Positions 1 through 14,195 of a stretch of 64,000 bases of DNA are shown one piece after another. Position 1 is the first letter of the stretch. Every line of letters starts with the position of its first letter. The DNA comes from Enoplolaimus lenunculus (lineage: Eukaryota), in assembly GCA_030248215.1 (NCBI GenBank), contig JASANG010001546.1, positions 310,001 through 374,000 of the forward strand. Direction: 5' to 3'. The translations under genes were made by a program, and so were the position numbers. Below the pieces are notes generated by a model that saw only the letters and a program-made list of their open reading frames with translations, was not told where the DNA came from and did not search any database.

Positions 1-494
1 TGCAAAAATCAGGAGCGGAGAGTTTTCCTGTGGTACTAGAATAGAGTAATCTAAAGCTTTAGACAATTTTTTGCTTGGTTTTAGGCTTTAGGCTTAGGCT
101 TAGTAATACGCTTATAATACTGTTCTGCCCCTGTTTTTTTTACATCAGCCGAAACATCTGAATTGAGAAATCTCTAAACTGTACTTGCCTGAATGCTATT
201 TTATGTACATAATTAAATAAATTTATTCCTAAGCGTTTAAAAGCCTAATTCAAAACATAAAACGAAACAAATTTTAAATTTATTAATAAAGTAACCTAAA
301 ACAAAAGCCTTTAAAAATTAATTACCTCCCTATTGATCAATCAAGCCTAATCAAACCTAATTATTCTCACCCGAAATCAACAGTTTACACTTGCCAGTAG
401 CCAGCTTAACTGGGTTACAAATTTATGGCCCAAGTAAACATCTCTGTGGGTCTTCAATAGAGTTAGCTTATGCTGTAGACTATTAGAAATTTTG

Positions 495-882
495 GGCCTA
501 TGTAAAGATCAGGGGCGAAACGTTTTTGTGTTGGACTGCAATAGAGTAAGCTTAAGCGTTACGCTAAATTCTTAAGTTCGACTCAGGTTTAGGCTTAGGC
601 TTTGGGTATAAGCACAATGTTACGCTTAGGCTTAAAATTGTGCTATACTCGCCGCGCACCGTCGCACGTGCGGCCGCACGCTGTCGGCCGCCTATGCACG
701 GCGCTGTAAAACTTTATTAAAAATTACCGCACGCCGGTTTGCGGCGGCATGCGGCAGTGTGCGGCAGCGTGCGGCAGTGTGCGGCAGCGAGCAGCGGCAT
801 CCGGCTTGGTAAACTATAGGACAACCATTAGGCTTGGAAATATGCATATACCAATGTTACTGGTCTGTTTTATACATTGGCC
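495..882 (+). mobile_element. Merlin-like telomeric-repeat MITE with a nested GC-rich Harbinger-like MITE (about 632-828)
   Basis: GGCCTATGTAAAGATCAGGGGCG...TATACATTGGCC ends. The internal TTAGGC tract is interrupted at a TTA. Confidence 0.7.
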
Positions 883-1791
883 TAAATTTCGATCATTCGC
901 ACACGTGAAGATATACCGTAGCAATAATCGGGTTAAAACAATTTCAACACAAACTCAAACATTCCAAGGAGCGTTGTACCCGTTCCCTAGTGATCCCAAC
1001 GGATCCGGAACTGGATTTTGTTGTAGTTATTTTTGTATCAACCAATCAGGCAATAAATTAGATTAAAACATGTGCTGGTTTAGGTTTTCGACAAATTGCC
1101 TGATATAACTAGCGCATGAAAATCAACAAAACCTAATAACTCTGGGTGATTATGAATAATACATCATCGTTGCATATCAGCTATTGACCAGTATACACGA
1201 ATTACGCAAATTACCTACGTTTAGGTGTGTTCACAGCCCGGAAACCGATTGCTTCAAAAGAAGGGGGTATCACTAGCATATAGGTTGCACCCCTGCAAAA
1301 TTAATTTCGCGTTTCAAAAACCAGATCCACGTCGGCGGATATCTTGAACTTTATTGGTTCAGTGTATTTTTGCAAACTAAATTCAAATTTGAACAGTTCG
1401 AGTACTTCGTCGCCTACGTTCGTATGGTTGTATCTACCGTGCGTGCTTCGAATAAGCTTAAATGCACCACATATAACTTGGATGGCATTAGCTACGCGAA
1501 AAGGGTACAACTCGGACCCCCGTCTCGGGTTCCCTGAAGCAAAATAATTTTACGTATAGTAAAATATTAAAAAATTCGTAGCTGCAGGCAAATTATATCA
1601 ATTTTTTCAAATGGACCCCTTTGCAAACCATGCCTCAATTTTCAAGCACCGCCCATGCGTTTAAATATTTAAATATGCGAAGGTAACAGATAAAACTTTG
1701 TGAATCTGGTATTAATTGGGTTATAAATTTTTGATGCAAACCCGAATTGTTAAAGTTGCCAAACGGTAAACCGTTGACGTAAAGCGAGTAT

Positions 1792-2152
1792 CAGGGTACA
1801 ATTGGAGGTCTGCCTCAAGCTCCGGATTCGGCAAAAAATCGGCTTCCGGCTCCGGTAGAATTTTTACCAGAGGTTCGGTCGGGCAATTTCGGTATAAAAC
1901 ATTTAGCATAATTTTGCCAAACTTATCTGTTGAGCGCGGTTCGTTTTACTTGCGTCACAATTTTCAAGAAAGAATTTCCGAACGTTCGCAGCAAATTAGT
2001 GTAAAACCAAACAACTTAACAACATTTTGCAGATATTGGCTAAAATTAACTAATTAACCATCATTGTTACTACATAGTTTCGCTTCACCTCCGGCTCCGG
2101 CAAGTTTCGTTGACCTCCGGCTCCGGTATACTTCACCTCCGGTTGCACCCTG
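1792..2152. mobile_element. hAT-like MITE (related TIR, CTCCGG subterminal repeats)
   Basis: CAGGGTACAA...TTGCACCCTG. TSD GCGAGTAT/GTGAGTAT. Confidence 0.75.
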
Positions 2153-2705
2153 GTGAGTATACATGACTCATGATAACCCGAAATATAAAGCCTCACATTT
2201 CAAGTTCAAAAGCCCGTAATTGGTCAACTTTATTCAACTTTACAGCCAATCATATCGTGGTATTTTTCAAATAGATCCACATGAACAGAGATTTGTTTGA
2301 GACAGTAATTGAAAATTCTATTTCCATTAAAATTAAACCAAATCGAACAAATCTGTTTTTGGTTTAAGTTATTGTTAGAATTAGGTTAAACTCCGACCTT
2401 TCCAAAATTCATCGTCCATGAGCCATTTGAATTTTATTTTTGGAGTCACACATATTCAAACAGTTAGTAAATTTTGTAACTTCAAGGCCAATATAAAGAA
2501 CAGGACCGTACCAGTAGTATAACCCTATTCCTAGACCTAAGTCTAAACCATAAGAATAAGCTTGTACTAAAAGATTAAAGCCAAAGTTGCTATCAGACAC
2601 ATGCTGTCTTCGCAATACCACCGTTTAAGCTTAGGGTTGCGGTATTGTTGTCGACTCTTTTATGTCGTGCGGCGTCGTTCAACACCGCACCGCAACGCAC
2701 GCGTA

Positions 2706-3147
2706 CTGTAGTGACCCGAATAAGTGGGGAGACTGATATTTATTTGGCCTCACCGGTGGGTAACCACCTGTTATTCGGTGACGGACTATTATTTATGTTC
2801 AAACCGCCCTCCGCCACCATTCCTTTCTGATATATATCCGGTATTGCAACTATCCGTTGAATTAAACGTTTTCTGCGTTGCATCAAAAGCTTGAGAGATA
2901 ATACAAGGTTATATTTGGAATGTTACTTTCATAACTTAAGTATGTTTTAAGTTTCGAACTCAAGTTTACTTGGTCCTGGAGTCATTTACGCGCTACAATT
3001 AGAGATAATTGACATTTATGCACTTTAATTAGGGTTTAGGGACTCTATCCGCTTACGAACTCTTATTAGGGATACAGACTCCTATTGATTGGAACTCAAA
3101 ATGGGAACCCCTCTTTTTCACCCCCTCCTTGATTCGGGTCACTACAG
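2706..3147. mobile_element. Tc2/pogo-like MITE (about 440 bp, TA TSD), nested in a Harbinger-like MITE (about 2634-3260)
   Basis: TA|CTGTAGTGACCCGAAT...ATTCGGGTCACTACAG|TA. Confidence 0.8.
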
Positions 3148-3468
3148 TATTTTGCCGCATGGCACAGCAAATCACTTTGTAAACAAAAAATTTTAACTTG
3201 CGTTGCCCTACGGGGCTATTCAAGCTGGACGATGCCACACGCCAAGTATAGCCACCACCCTTATATAATTATTTTTATGTTTTTCTATTTCTTTCTAATT
3301 GATTTAATGAACCTTGAAATTTTGAACTTTCAGTACAGGTTTAGGTTTGCCAAACCGCTAATGTACTTCTACACAGAAACGGTATATGTATATGGTACCT
3401 TTACACCGAAATCATCTGCAAAATTCCTGTAGTCGCAAGCAGGAAAGCAAATTTATGTTAGAATTATT

Positions 3469-3594
3469 GGCCCGGGTATAGAAACAAGGTCGGATCGTTT
3501 TCCGGCGGAAGCGTTTGACTAACTTTTTCGCTTAGGCTTAGGCTTAGGAATATGCTTTTATGCTACTGTTGCGACCCTGTTCTATACATGGGCC
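3469..3594 (+). mobile_element. Merlin-like telomeric-repeat MITE (short copy)
   Basis: GGCC..GGCC TIRs. TSD GAATTATT/GTATTATT. Three TTAGGC units. Confidence 0.75.
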
Positions 3595-5291
3595 GTATTA
3601 TTTAAGTATTTCTAAGTTCAGCAGTACCACAAAGAACCGTTCACGAAAATTTTTCTTCGGATCCCGTTTGTCTCTATCCCACGGACGTTTGGATTACTTG
3701 TCGAAGGGCGCCGTCCGACATCGTCCGTCGCCGTTCGTCACCTTGCGGCACCGTGCGTCACTTTCCGTCAACGCACGGTACGTAAGCAATTTGCTTTACC
3801 GCACTGCGACGTACGGCGGCGGCTGGACATTGCCGCACGGTGCCGCAAGTGATCAAGAGTATAACACCGCCCTAATTCTGAGCCATAAGGCTTACCGCAT
3901 AGCTCCGAAAACATATATTCTAACACACAAGCGGCGTAAAGCCGAAATTTCAACCAATCATTTGAAGTCAAAAAAAGGTCAATTGTCGCGTCAATAGCGA
4001 ATACCTGAACGAGCGAACCACTGTGAGACAGGCTTTGAAAGACAAGAAAATTACGATTTGGTAGTGCGAAAACACAACCGCTTTTTTCTAAGTTGATTGG
4101 TTTCGGAGCCTTGTAAATTACCGTATACGGTGGCTACGTACCGCGTTAAAATTGCTAAATTAACCCTAAAATAGACACAACTTAAACCGTTTTGAATACT
4201 AGAAATTAAAGCTTAGGTGATAGTTACGTTGCTCGTTCGATATAAGCTTTAGTAGAAAGTTATTCCCGTTCGAAATCAAATGCTGACTACACCACTGATT
4301 GCATTTACGCGAAAAAAAAGTTCGAATCACCGGCCTGACGTCACGATAATTATTTTGCGGTGAAGACATTTTGCTTTGAGCGGACTGTAAGCCAACAACA
4401 GACGCCGGTAGAGATAAATTATTTAACGGGCAGATTGGTATTTGGTTTGTAGACTCAGAGAGAATACACGGGGGGACTGATTTGAGTCATCTGACCCCTT
4501 TGCTTCGTGAGCTGAAATTTTGACTACGGTTTCGGGTGCTTCGGCGCAAATTCTTAATTCAGATTCCGTTGATTCGTCATAATATTGTTAGCCACCGTAT
4601 GTTTGCAAAAAACCCTGGGGTCCGCCAAAGAAACTGCAACAAAAGTAGTTTTTGAATTACCTCATTCAGGCCCTGGAGCTCAAGGGAAATATCTACAGTG
4701 TGTTTGTTGGCGTATGATCAGCTTTTATCTTGTTAGCTTATTTTTGAAGTAAAATCGTTTCGATTTTAGAATTACCGTCAAGACCGGATCATAATGGATT
4801 CAAGCTAGGCTGAGCGGTTTAAAAATGAAAGTTTTGAATTGAAACATATATTTCGACCCACGCTTTTTATTAACCTTTTTTGGGGCCCTCAAACAGAATC
4901 AGCTTCAGCGCCCGGTTACGGGATGATCCGTCCCAGATGACAGCAGTTGCAATACAACGAAATGCCACTCTCGGAACTATTGCAAATTCCATAAGGTGGT
5001 AGTGTGATGGACATTGAAGCTTTTTTTGACTTCAGTATGTTTCATATTGAAAATGATATTGTGGAAGTTGCACTGCAATTTATCACCGTAGCAGTGAAAC
5101 GACTTTTTTGACAAATTCTCAAATGTGTATAGCATTTATCATCAGTTGATTGCTGGTTTGGTACTGATTTGCAAGCCGGTGGTAACCGGTGAACTTCAAA
5201 ATCGATGATAATTGTTTCATTGTATTTGTTCAATGTTTTCGCAAGACTTTAAGATACTCAGATAGTGGAGTTTGCTTTTTTGAAAACGTTA

Positions 5292-5718
5292 CTGTAGTGA
5301 CCCGAACAAGAGGGGGACCATTTTGAGTCCCAATCAGTAGGAATCCGTATCCCTAATAAGAGTCCGTAAGCGGATAGAGTCCTTAAGCTCCAATTAGAGT
5401 CCATGTCAATTGTCACTAATTGTAATGCATAAAGGACTACAGGACCAAATAATGTTGAGTTCGAAACTTTAAAGCATACTTAAGTTTTGAAAGTACATTC
5501 CTAAGTAATACCTTGCATTATCGCTCAAGCTATTGTCACTAGACAAATAAACGTTTAATTCAACGGATTCTTGCAATACTAGATATATATCAGTAACGAA
5601 GGGCGGCAGAGACCGGGTTAAAAATAAAAAATAACAGTCCGTAACCTCATAACAAAGGGGGGTACCCTCTGGAGAGGCCGACTAATTATCAGTCCCCCTC
5701 TTATTCGGGTCACTGCAA
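5292..5718. mobile_element. Tc2/pogo-like MITE, opposite orientation to 2706-3147
   Basis: Same TIR and internal sequence. Confidence 0.8.
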
Positions 5719-6553
5719 TAGTCACTAACGACAGGCGCCATACTTTCAGTATACAGCTCCAAATATCTATTGCAGAAGTTCGTCAGCTTGAAAACCTATC
5801 GCGGACTGTTTCCAGTACACATTTGAGAATATCGACCCTCACTTAAGCTTCAACGGCTTATCAAACTGCGAATACCTTGAAAAATCCACTGCATCATAAT
5901 TAATATACCGTAGGAATGGCAGCCAGCAGGCTGCGATTTCTGAGAAGGGTAACAGAACAAAAAGAACATAAGATCCACGTAGGCCTCGATGGGAAAAATA
6001 ACACCGTTTTCTATAAGTTTTTTTTTCACGAATTAACCTTTTGTTATGGCTTTGTTTAGCAACAATTTAAGCTTAAAAATAAGCGTTTCATAAGGTTAAA
6101 CTTAAAACACATTGCCAGCTTCGCGGCACCTTTGATGTCATTCAGTTGTTTTTTCATGTTCCAATGTTGACCGGGAATGGGAGTCTTGGTCTCGGGCAAG
6201 TGTCGGTATTTGGCAAGTCTCGGTGTCGTTGTCGAATTTATTTCGATATTTTGGAACCGAGACCAGAACCCGTGGATTCAGCTAATGTATGACTGTATTG
6301 TTGAAGTAATTGATGCCTGATGAATAACAGTTTGCGGTGAATCTATAAATTTCAATATTTATGCAATAATTATGAACAAATATTTTGGAAAAAAAACACA
6401 AAAACACAAAGAAAACTTAAATCATTAAAAACAATTTATTTTGAAAATTTTAACTTTTTTCGGTGATGACCAAACATTGGCCAAGATGGAGTCTTTTCGT
6501 AGCCACTCTCAGTAGTCAGGACTCAGTTTCGGTCTCCGTTTTGAACCGGGACA

Positions 6554-6653
6554 GCCCATCCCTGAGGTTTATCGCTACTTATCCCTGCCCATCCCTGATG
6601 CTTATCGCTACTTATCTCTGCCCATCCCTGAGGCTTATCGCTACTTATCTCTG
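6554..6653. repeat. 33-bp tandem repeat, 3 copies
   Basis: GCCCATCCCTGAGGCTTATCGCTACTTATCTCT at 6554, 6587 and 6620. Confidence 0.9.
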
Positions 6654-9600
6654 ATACAGAAAAACGATTAAGTGACTGCGGTAGTCGTTCGAATACTTCA
6701 GTGACCACTCGCAGGGTCACTCAGGATGGCGCCGTGCCGAAACTCAAACTTTGTCAGTCGGGCGTCTGTCAGGATTCGGGGGCTCGAATCCCTTACCCAC
6801 ATCCCTGTGTAGTACTTGCTTTAGTCAAAGATTACACATTAGGTGGGTTTCACTTGAAAGTTGCAGCTGCAAAAACTTGCACGTGTGAATATAACCTAAT
6901 CGAATTCCAAGAAATGAACAGTGAGGTAGTAATCAAAGATATTCCATGCTGGGTTGACTTGTAGGTTTTCCGAAAAGGATATAGTTTTTTGGTTCTCTAT
7001 GGTTTCGGTTCACAATTATACCTTTAAAACGGTCGTAAAGCGGTAGTTTACCGATAATCATATACTTTTCGTCGGTTGTTTCCAGGGAAATCAGCCAATG
7101 TTTTGTGCTAATTAGTTCTTGGATTACGAATCATGACTAAGTGAACGCTGACCCTTGTACACTACTTCCGTATTTAAGTTTAAGGTTTATACCGTAGGCT
7201 TCGGCTTAGGAAAATGTTTAGGCGCTTAGTTTGCAAGGCTGAGTTGTGGCCTGGTGAAACCTCCCCATCTTAGTGGGCCCCGTCTTGTATTTCAGACATT
7301 AATAGCATAAAACAGCTGAGAAATATGTGTCCGAAATGGTTAAAACAAAATTGTCGTACATTTAAGAATTTACTTTTGCCAATTTATAAGACGTAAATTT
7401 CTCCCTTTCACGAAATAGTTGGCTTATATTCAAGACTAATTTTCTGGTTTTTTATGTACGTAAAAAAGTTGCTCCGTTTAAATCATTATAAGGGTATATA
7501 AACAAACGAATTTCAAAGATATTTCGGGTTGCACTCAGGCTCCCCAACCTAAGTTTTGGCGTCTTGGACGTATCATAGGTTGTAAAATTTGGGAATTTGG
7601 TTGAGGTTAATTTAAATATTGGAAGGCACACTTCTCTGGCAAATCTTGTTTATACGACTCAAAAATCAGCAAAGTAAAACTTTTATTTCAGACATATGTG
7701 ACTTAAATTTTAGGCATATATATTTGTATTGTATTTCAGATATACTTTTCTTAATCGCTTATGAAACACACTCTTCAATTTAAGTCATTTCAGCGTTAAA
7801 AATCGCAGAGACAAATTTCTTAAAAAATTTCAGAAACAAATGTCTCGCATTCAAGACATCTATGTCTGAAGTCTAGATTAAGACATAATTGTCTTGAATT
7901 TAAGAAAAGATTTCTTGAATATCAGAGAATGTTTTTTTGTGTGTACTTGATCACTCCACTGCAACAGTAGTTGAAGAAGCGTTTGCGAACAAAACGAGCG
8001 AGAAACTGCAGATGTCTGGAAAACCATGAGTTACCACAGAGGTTGGTAAACCTCGTGAACGGATCGAGCTGAGATAGGTAGAACTAGACGCCTATCCGTA
8101 TTTTAGATCCCAAGACGAAATTTCAATTTTTTGACACCCTCTGACATCGAACCCCTATTAATAGAAACTTTAATTTTTAGGACCCTAAGTGTTAGCTTAA
8201 TTGAGGAAACCTCACAAATGAAGCGAGCGAGAAGTCAGACGCATTTTTGTATTAAATGACATGGTAAACTTTCAAGTTTGGAAGTTTCCTAACCTCAGAC
8301 TCCCAAATTATGTTTCGTGGGTTTTAAAACGGTCTCTTGGACCTGTGAGCTGTCTACTTCTTTAGTTTACCGAGTTTAAGATAAAAACAAAATCAATATA
8401 TATATATATTAGTTAATATGCAAATGATTTGAAGCATTGGCCCATGTACAGATTAGGAGTGGAACGTTTTTCTGCAGGACTGCAACAGATGAAGCTGAAG
8501 CGTTGACTAATTTTTTGTTTACGCTTAGGTTTCAGCTCAGGTCTAAACTTATTCTCACGCTCTGGTTTGGATTTAGGCTTAGGTTTATGAATATGCTTAT
8601 GCTACTGTTACGGCCCTGTTCTTTACAAATGCTTTACTTGCCAATAGACGTTTCAAACTTAACATAATTCCAATTCAAGTTCAAGAAAAATTATTTTAAA
8701 TGATATGTTTATATTTAACTTAAAAATAAAATATTCTCAAAAAACAGTTTAGCTGGCTGAATTCTTTTCGCTTACAGTGCATCTTAATTAAATATTCCTA
8801 CTGACTAAGCGGTGTACTAACCCTAAGTTTAAGCCACACAGGCTTGCTGTCTCTCTGTGGGCTGCCCTTAAATTTAACACGTGCTCCAAGTTTACTTGCT
8901 CGCAGCTCGAGCTGACGTCTCACATTGATGCTTAAATGAATTGTGTCTGATTTACAGCGAATAATTAACTTTTAGTATATACGTAAATATCTTTCAAATC
9001 ACTTCGCTGTGTTGTAAAATTTAAAAAATACATCTGCAGTGGTAGCCTTTTTTATTGCAATTACAAATTGTGCAACACAAGCGTTCAGTATTGCAATTTT
9101 GCCTGAAATCTGGTTCAAAGATTAGCCAGCAAGAATATGACTGGTTTAAATACCAAAATTAAATTTGGTTCTGCAGACGGCGCTGGTGTGACGCAAACGT
9201 TATCCAATGCGATCCGTCCGAGATAATGCTTTATCTTATCAATTGTTCACTTATTTCATTACAGTTGTTAATTATGAACGTGTGTTATTCGTATCAAAGC
9301 CGTTTCAGATATCGAGATATGATAAGTAAGTTTTTTTTGATAAAATATTCAAAATTGTAATAATGTTTTAGACTCGAAATATACCCTAAAGTTACGCAAC
9401 ACATCTCGTTACGCGTCGTCAGGCGTGGCAGGGCGGCGAAATGGTTAACAAATTGGAACGCGATGACGCGAGTAGCCGAACGCTGCCGCGTGACGACGCT
9501 AAAATTTCTTTTACTAGGAATGGAAGCCGTCTCAACCAGATGGTTTAGGGTGGCGCTATACTTTTGATGTCGTCCGATGCCGTCCGTCGCCGCAAGTCAG

Positions 9601-10979
9601 CAGCGTCGGTCACCGTGCGGCATTGTAGACGTATAATATACGTACGATAACGTAAGGTGACGGACGGTGACGGGCGGCATCGGACGGCGCCGTACGACAA
9701 GTACAGTACCACCCTTATGGATGGCTGAAAATGGTTTACTTGAAGTTACATTAGCTATATTGCTAGACTGTTTTTAGATAACATAGTAACAGCAACAAAC
9801 CAGCGACAAATCAGGTGAACATCCACAACTATTAACATATTTCAAATCGTTGCCACTGCGGTACGCGGTTTTAGTTTTAGGGTTGCGCTATACTTGACGT
9901 CCCTGGCGCCGTCCGTCACCGTCCATCACTACACGGTATCGTACGTTAACCTGACGGACGGCGTCGATTGTGTGACGGACAGCGCCGGACGTCAACAAAA
10001 GTATAGCGCAACCCTATACGAGTAAATACAGCGTCATAAATAAAAACAAAACAAAATCGCAACGAAATTCAATTAGCTATGTAATTTTAGGCCGGGTATT
10101 CAGACTGGAACAATTTGCCTATCCAAACCGTCACTTAGAATTGCTCGAGAGTGGAGTCTGTAAGTTTTTCAATCTGTGTTCAGTTGAACATTAATGTGTC
10201 GTGTTGTGTGTTGTTATGTCTGTTTTGTGTTGAATTGCCGTTCAAAAACAATATTCTACATATTGTATCGCTTAGTTGAATTCAATATTAGTTGTAGTGC
10301 AATTGGTCGGCAGGTGTACTGATGTTTGATATATTTGTTATAACCGTTGGTACGGCTTTCGTCAGGCCCGTAACCAGGGAAGGGAAGCCGTTCCCCGGAA
10401 AAATATTGCATCTCCCCTTAGAAAAAATTTCAATTTTACTTGTTTTAAGTCATCGAAAATTCTTGTAGGTAATTTTTGTAAAATTTTCAGCTCCCACCCC
10501 CTAACAAGATGGGCTGGCCGCGGGTTTGAACTTTATGGTTAAATTAGAAAAAAATTTTGCTCGAAGATAAAATGTTTAAAGTCTTGAAATATTACGAAAA
10601 TCACATTTTGTGTTGCCGTTTTGTGAGTGGTTTAAAATACCATGAAATGAATGTAATATTTGGATTTGGGTCGTATGGTTAACCCGCAATGCATAAAAGA
10701 CCGGGGTTTGAGATAACAGTTCTTACTTTGACCAGAAAATAGGTTAAATTTAAATTTCTCTAAGTATTTGGTCAAGTTTAGTTGGTTTCAAGTTAGGGTT
10801 GTAAGCATGCGAGACCTGCTTATCCTGGTACTTATGCAATATATGCAATGGACATTGTGTTGTATGCTAAACGGAAACTTACGTATTGACAAATTTAGTT
10901 GACTATGAAAGTAGTTGAAGATGCAGCTACGTGGCATTAATTCAGGGTGTTTAATTGTTAAATTTGTCACAAAAATTAT

Positions 10980-11262
10980 GACCAATATAAATAACAGGGG
11001 CGGAACAGTATTATAAGCATATTTCTAAGCCAAAGCCTTAGCCTAAGCCTAAGCCTAAGCGTAAGAATGAGCATATTCCTAAGCCTAAGCCTAAGCGTAA
11101 GAATGAGCATATTCCTAAGCCTAAGCCTACGCGTAAGAATGAGCATATTCCTAAGCCTAAGCCTAAACCTAAGCTTAAGCCAAGCATTAGTAATCTAAAG
11201 CTTAGGCTTACTCTATTGCAGTCCCACAAAAAAACAACCCGCCCCTGATCTTTACATGGGCC
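10980..11262 (-). mobile_element. Merlin-like telomeric-repeat MITE
   Basis: TIRs of about 27 bp. TSD AAAATTAT/AGAATTAT. Internal GCCTAA arrays. Confidence 0.8.
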
Positions 11263-11729
11263 AGAATTATGAAAAAATGCGAAATAATAAGTAATCAATG
11301 AACAGTTGACAGCATTTATAATTTTAAGCCTTCGTTTAAGGTTTTACTAATCTTGGTTTATAGAGTAAAGTTAAATTGTATGCTTGCAACATTTTACCAA
11401 ATATTTAACGAGCAAATTTCAATTTAAAATTTTACATTTAAATGTGATTTTCTAAACATCACAATTTCAGTGATCATTTGAGTATATATACTTTTTAACA
11501 CTAAATGACTGTTTTGCAACCGACGCTACGAGGGCCTGATCCAGGAGGGGTTCATTAGGTGCCAACCCCCCTTAACTCGTTTTAGATTATTGTGGGTTCG
11601 ATCCCTGGTCTGCTCATAAAATTATCCGCGACGATAGTCGTTCAAGTGTAAATTGAAATTTTTGAACATAAATCTTTATGGCATATTTCGGCGTATTCCT
11701 ACGGCAATCATACGGTAGTTAACGCTTGT

Positions 11730-11992
11730 GGCCAATGTAAAGAACAGCCGCGGAACTGTATTATAAGCTTATTTCTAATCCTAAGCCTAAGCCTAAGCGC
11801 AAGAATAAGCATATTCCTAAGCCTAAGCCTAAGTCTAAGCCTAGGCCTAAACGTAAGAACGAGCATTTTCCTAAGTCTAAGCCTAAGCCTAAACCTAAGC
11901 GTAAGCCAAGCAAAAAAAATTAGCCTAAAGCTTAAGCTTACTCAATTGCAGTACTGCAGAAAAACGTTCCGCCCTTGAATTTTACTTGATCC
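11730..11992 (-). mobile_element. Merlin-like telomeric-repeat MITE
   Basis: GGCCAATGTAAAGAACAG start. Degenerate TSD ACGCTTGT/ACCTTTGT. Confidence 0.75.
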
Positions 11993-13998
11993 ACCTTTGT
12001 TAAATTGGGGTCATTGCATTCACTCATTAGTATTAATATTTCTTGTAATCAATGGGCCTATTTTTTGGAACGGCCAATCTTGGGTTCTTGTTGTTTTATT
12101 GCAAGTTGCCCAGCGTAGGAACAGCGCAGTTTTTTATAATTTTCTAATACTTACTGTAGTGATTCGAATAAGAGGGGGACTAATATTTATTTGGCGTCTC
12201 CAGAGGATACCTTATGTTATTCGGTTACGGACTGTTATTTATTTTTAACACACGCTCCGCCACACTTTGTTGTTGACTGTTGTAATAGAAGTGGCCAAAA
12301 CGGCTTGGAAAGATTCGTTAATTCATGTATTTCCTCGGTAATTTCACCAATTATTAACCTTTCATAAAAACTTTACCATTGTTTACGGTACACAAGTTAT
12401 TTTGAATATACCACAGGTGATTATATGCTGATCGTAAGCGGAACCACACACACCCCCCTCAATTACGTAAAATAAATCAATTCCATCGTCAAAACTTTTT
12501 CACAAAGGATCTTGTGGGCTCCAAAATGGGTGGGACCTTGGGTGGGATGTAAAAATTCCAATTTCTCAAAACTTAGGATTTTGGTGTGAACTGATTTGAG
12601 GAGATTATGAGAAGGTTAAGAAAGTGAAAATTTTCAAAATCGAACCATTTTTGGAGCGAACATCGGCTCGCAGGACAATCGAAGACGGTGAAATTATCAT
12701 AGTTTGTGCTTGAAGCGCTTAATTTTCTGACATATTTCATGGAAATGGTTGGAAGCGAGCCCATATTCTCAAATTTGTGTAGTACTTATTACCAGTAGGT
12801 GATAGGTCTTGTATCTTTCGAACAACGGAATGGTGAGGTTTGAAATTCAGCACATTTATAGCGTTCGAAATACTATACTTCTGGACAAATTATGAAATCT
12901 GCAATTGCAACAGTTCGTTAGTTTGAAAACCTATCACTAACTGGTGGTAAGTGCTATATGCATTTGAGAATATGGACCCTAGGCCCATATTTTCAAACGT
13001 GTATAGCAACTATTATCAGTTAGTAACAGGTATGAAAACTCACTAAACTCAAAATTAGTACAGGAGTTGAGCAAATCATATGCGAAAAATGTGTTGAATT
13101 TTGAGGCTCAGCATTCACTTGTTCGAAAGTTAGGAGACGTATCACCAACTGGTGATAGGTGCTACGTAATTTCAAGGTAAGATTCGATCCCCAGTCTCAC
13201 GGATGGGAGGCGTTTACGATAATCACTGAGCTATAGGAGCTTGACGCTCGAGCCCGAGGGGTCTCACGTCTTGTGGAGAATCTGCACTGCGCATATATAT
13301 GTTATAATTGTTAAACACTGCTCACAATGTGTGTATTGCTCGTACATTATTGTATTTAGTTGCTCATAGTATACTCTATGAGTGAAAGGGTAAACATTAA
13401 TTTTAAGTAATTTCTATTTCTTGAAAAATTGAAAAACTACGATAAATTATGTTTATTCTAAAACAGTTAATATATTACGAAAACGGTAAGATTCAATGCC
13501 AAAACTGTATTCAAATTGTATTCTTAAACAGCTTAAATGTCCCAATGCTGCTAAACCATACAAGGATCAACATATTAATAAACATACAGAAATAATAAAA
13601 GTATTTATGTGTAAAGCCGCACATATAAAACTACAGTGAAAAGAATAAAATAGCAAAAAGTAAGGCAATAAGAGCTATAGCACTTGACTTGGCTAGAAAG
13701 GGACAGGTTTGTGGAAAAATAACCGAACTTTATATCTGTATATTGAAGCTGGAATGCCCCACATACGTATTTTTTGCAAATATCCAGCATAATTTGTTCG
13801 CAATAGTTTCATAACGCATGGACGCGATTGTTGTATAATTACGCAATTTGCATACAGACTACAAGACTTAAAGAAATGAGAATGCTAGTGAATCTAAATA
13901 TTCAACTTGTATTCAAATCTGATGGTAACTTTATTTTTAATAAAACCCAATATTTTCTCTATTTCAAACAAATTTTAATAGTTTTCGTTTAAAAATGA

Positions 13999-14195
13999 AG
14001 CCCATGTAAAGATCAGGGGCGGAATGTTTTTCTGTGGGACTCGAATAGAGTAAGCTTAGGCTTTAGAATAATTTGTTTGCTTAGCTTAGGCTTTAAGCTT
14101 AGGCTTAGGAATATGCTCATTCTTACGCTCAGGCTTAGGCTTAGGCTTAGTAATATGCTTATAATACTGTTCCGTCCCTCTTCTTTATATTGGCC
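13999..14195 (+). mobile_element. Merlin-like telomeric-repeat MITE
   Basis: GCCCATGTAAAGATCAGGGGCGGAA...TTCTTTATATTGGCC with TTAGGC units. Confidence 0.75.
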
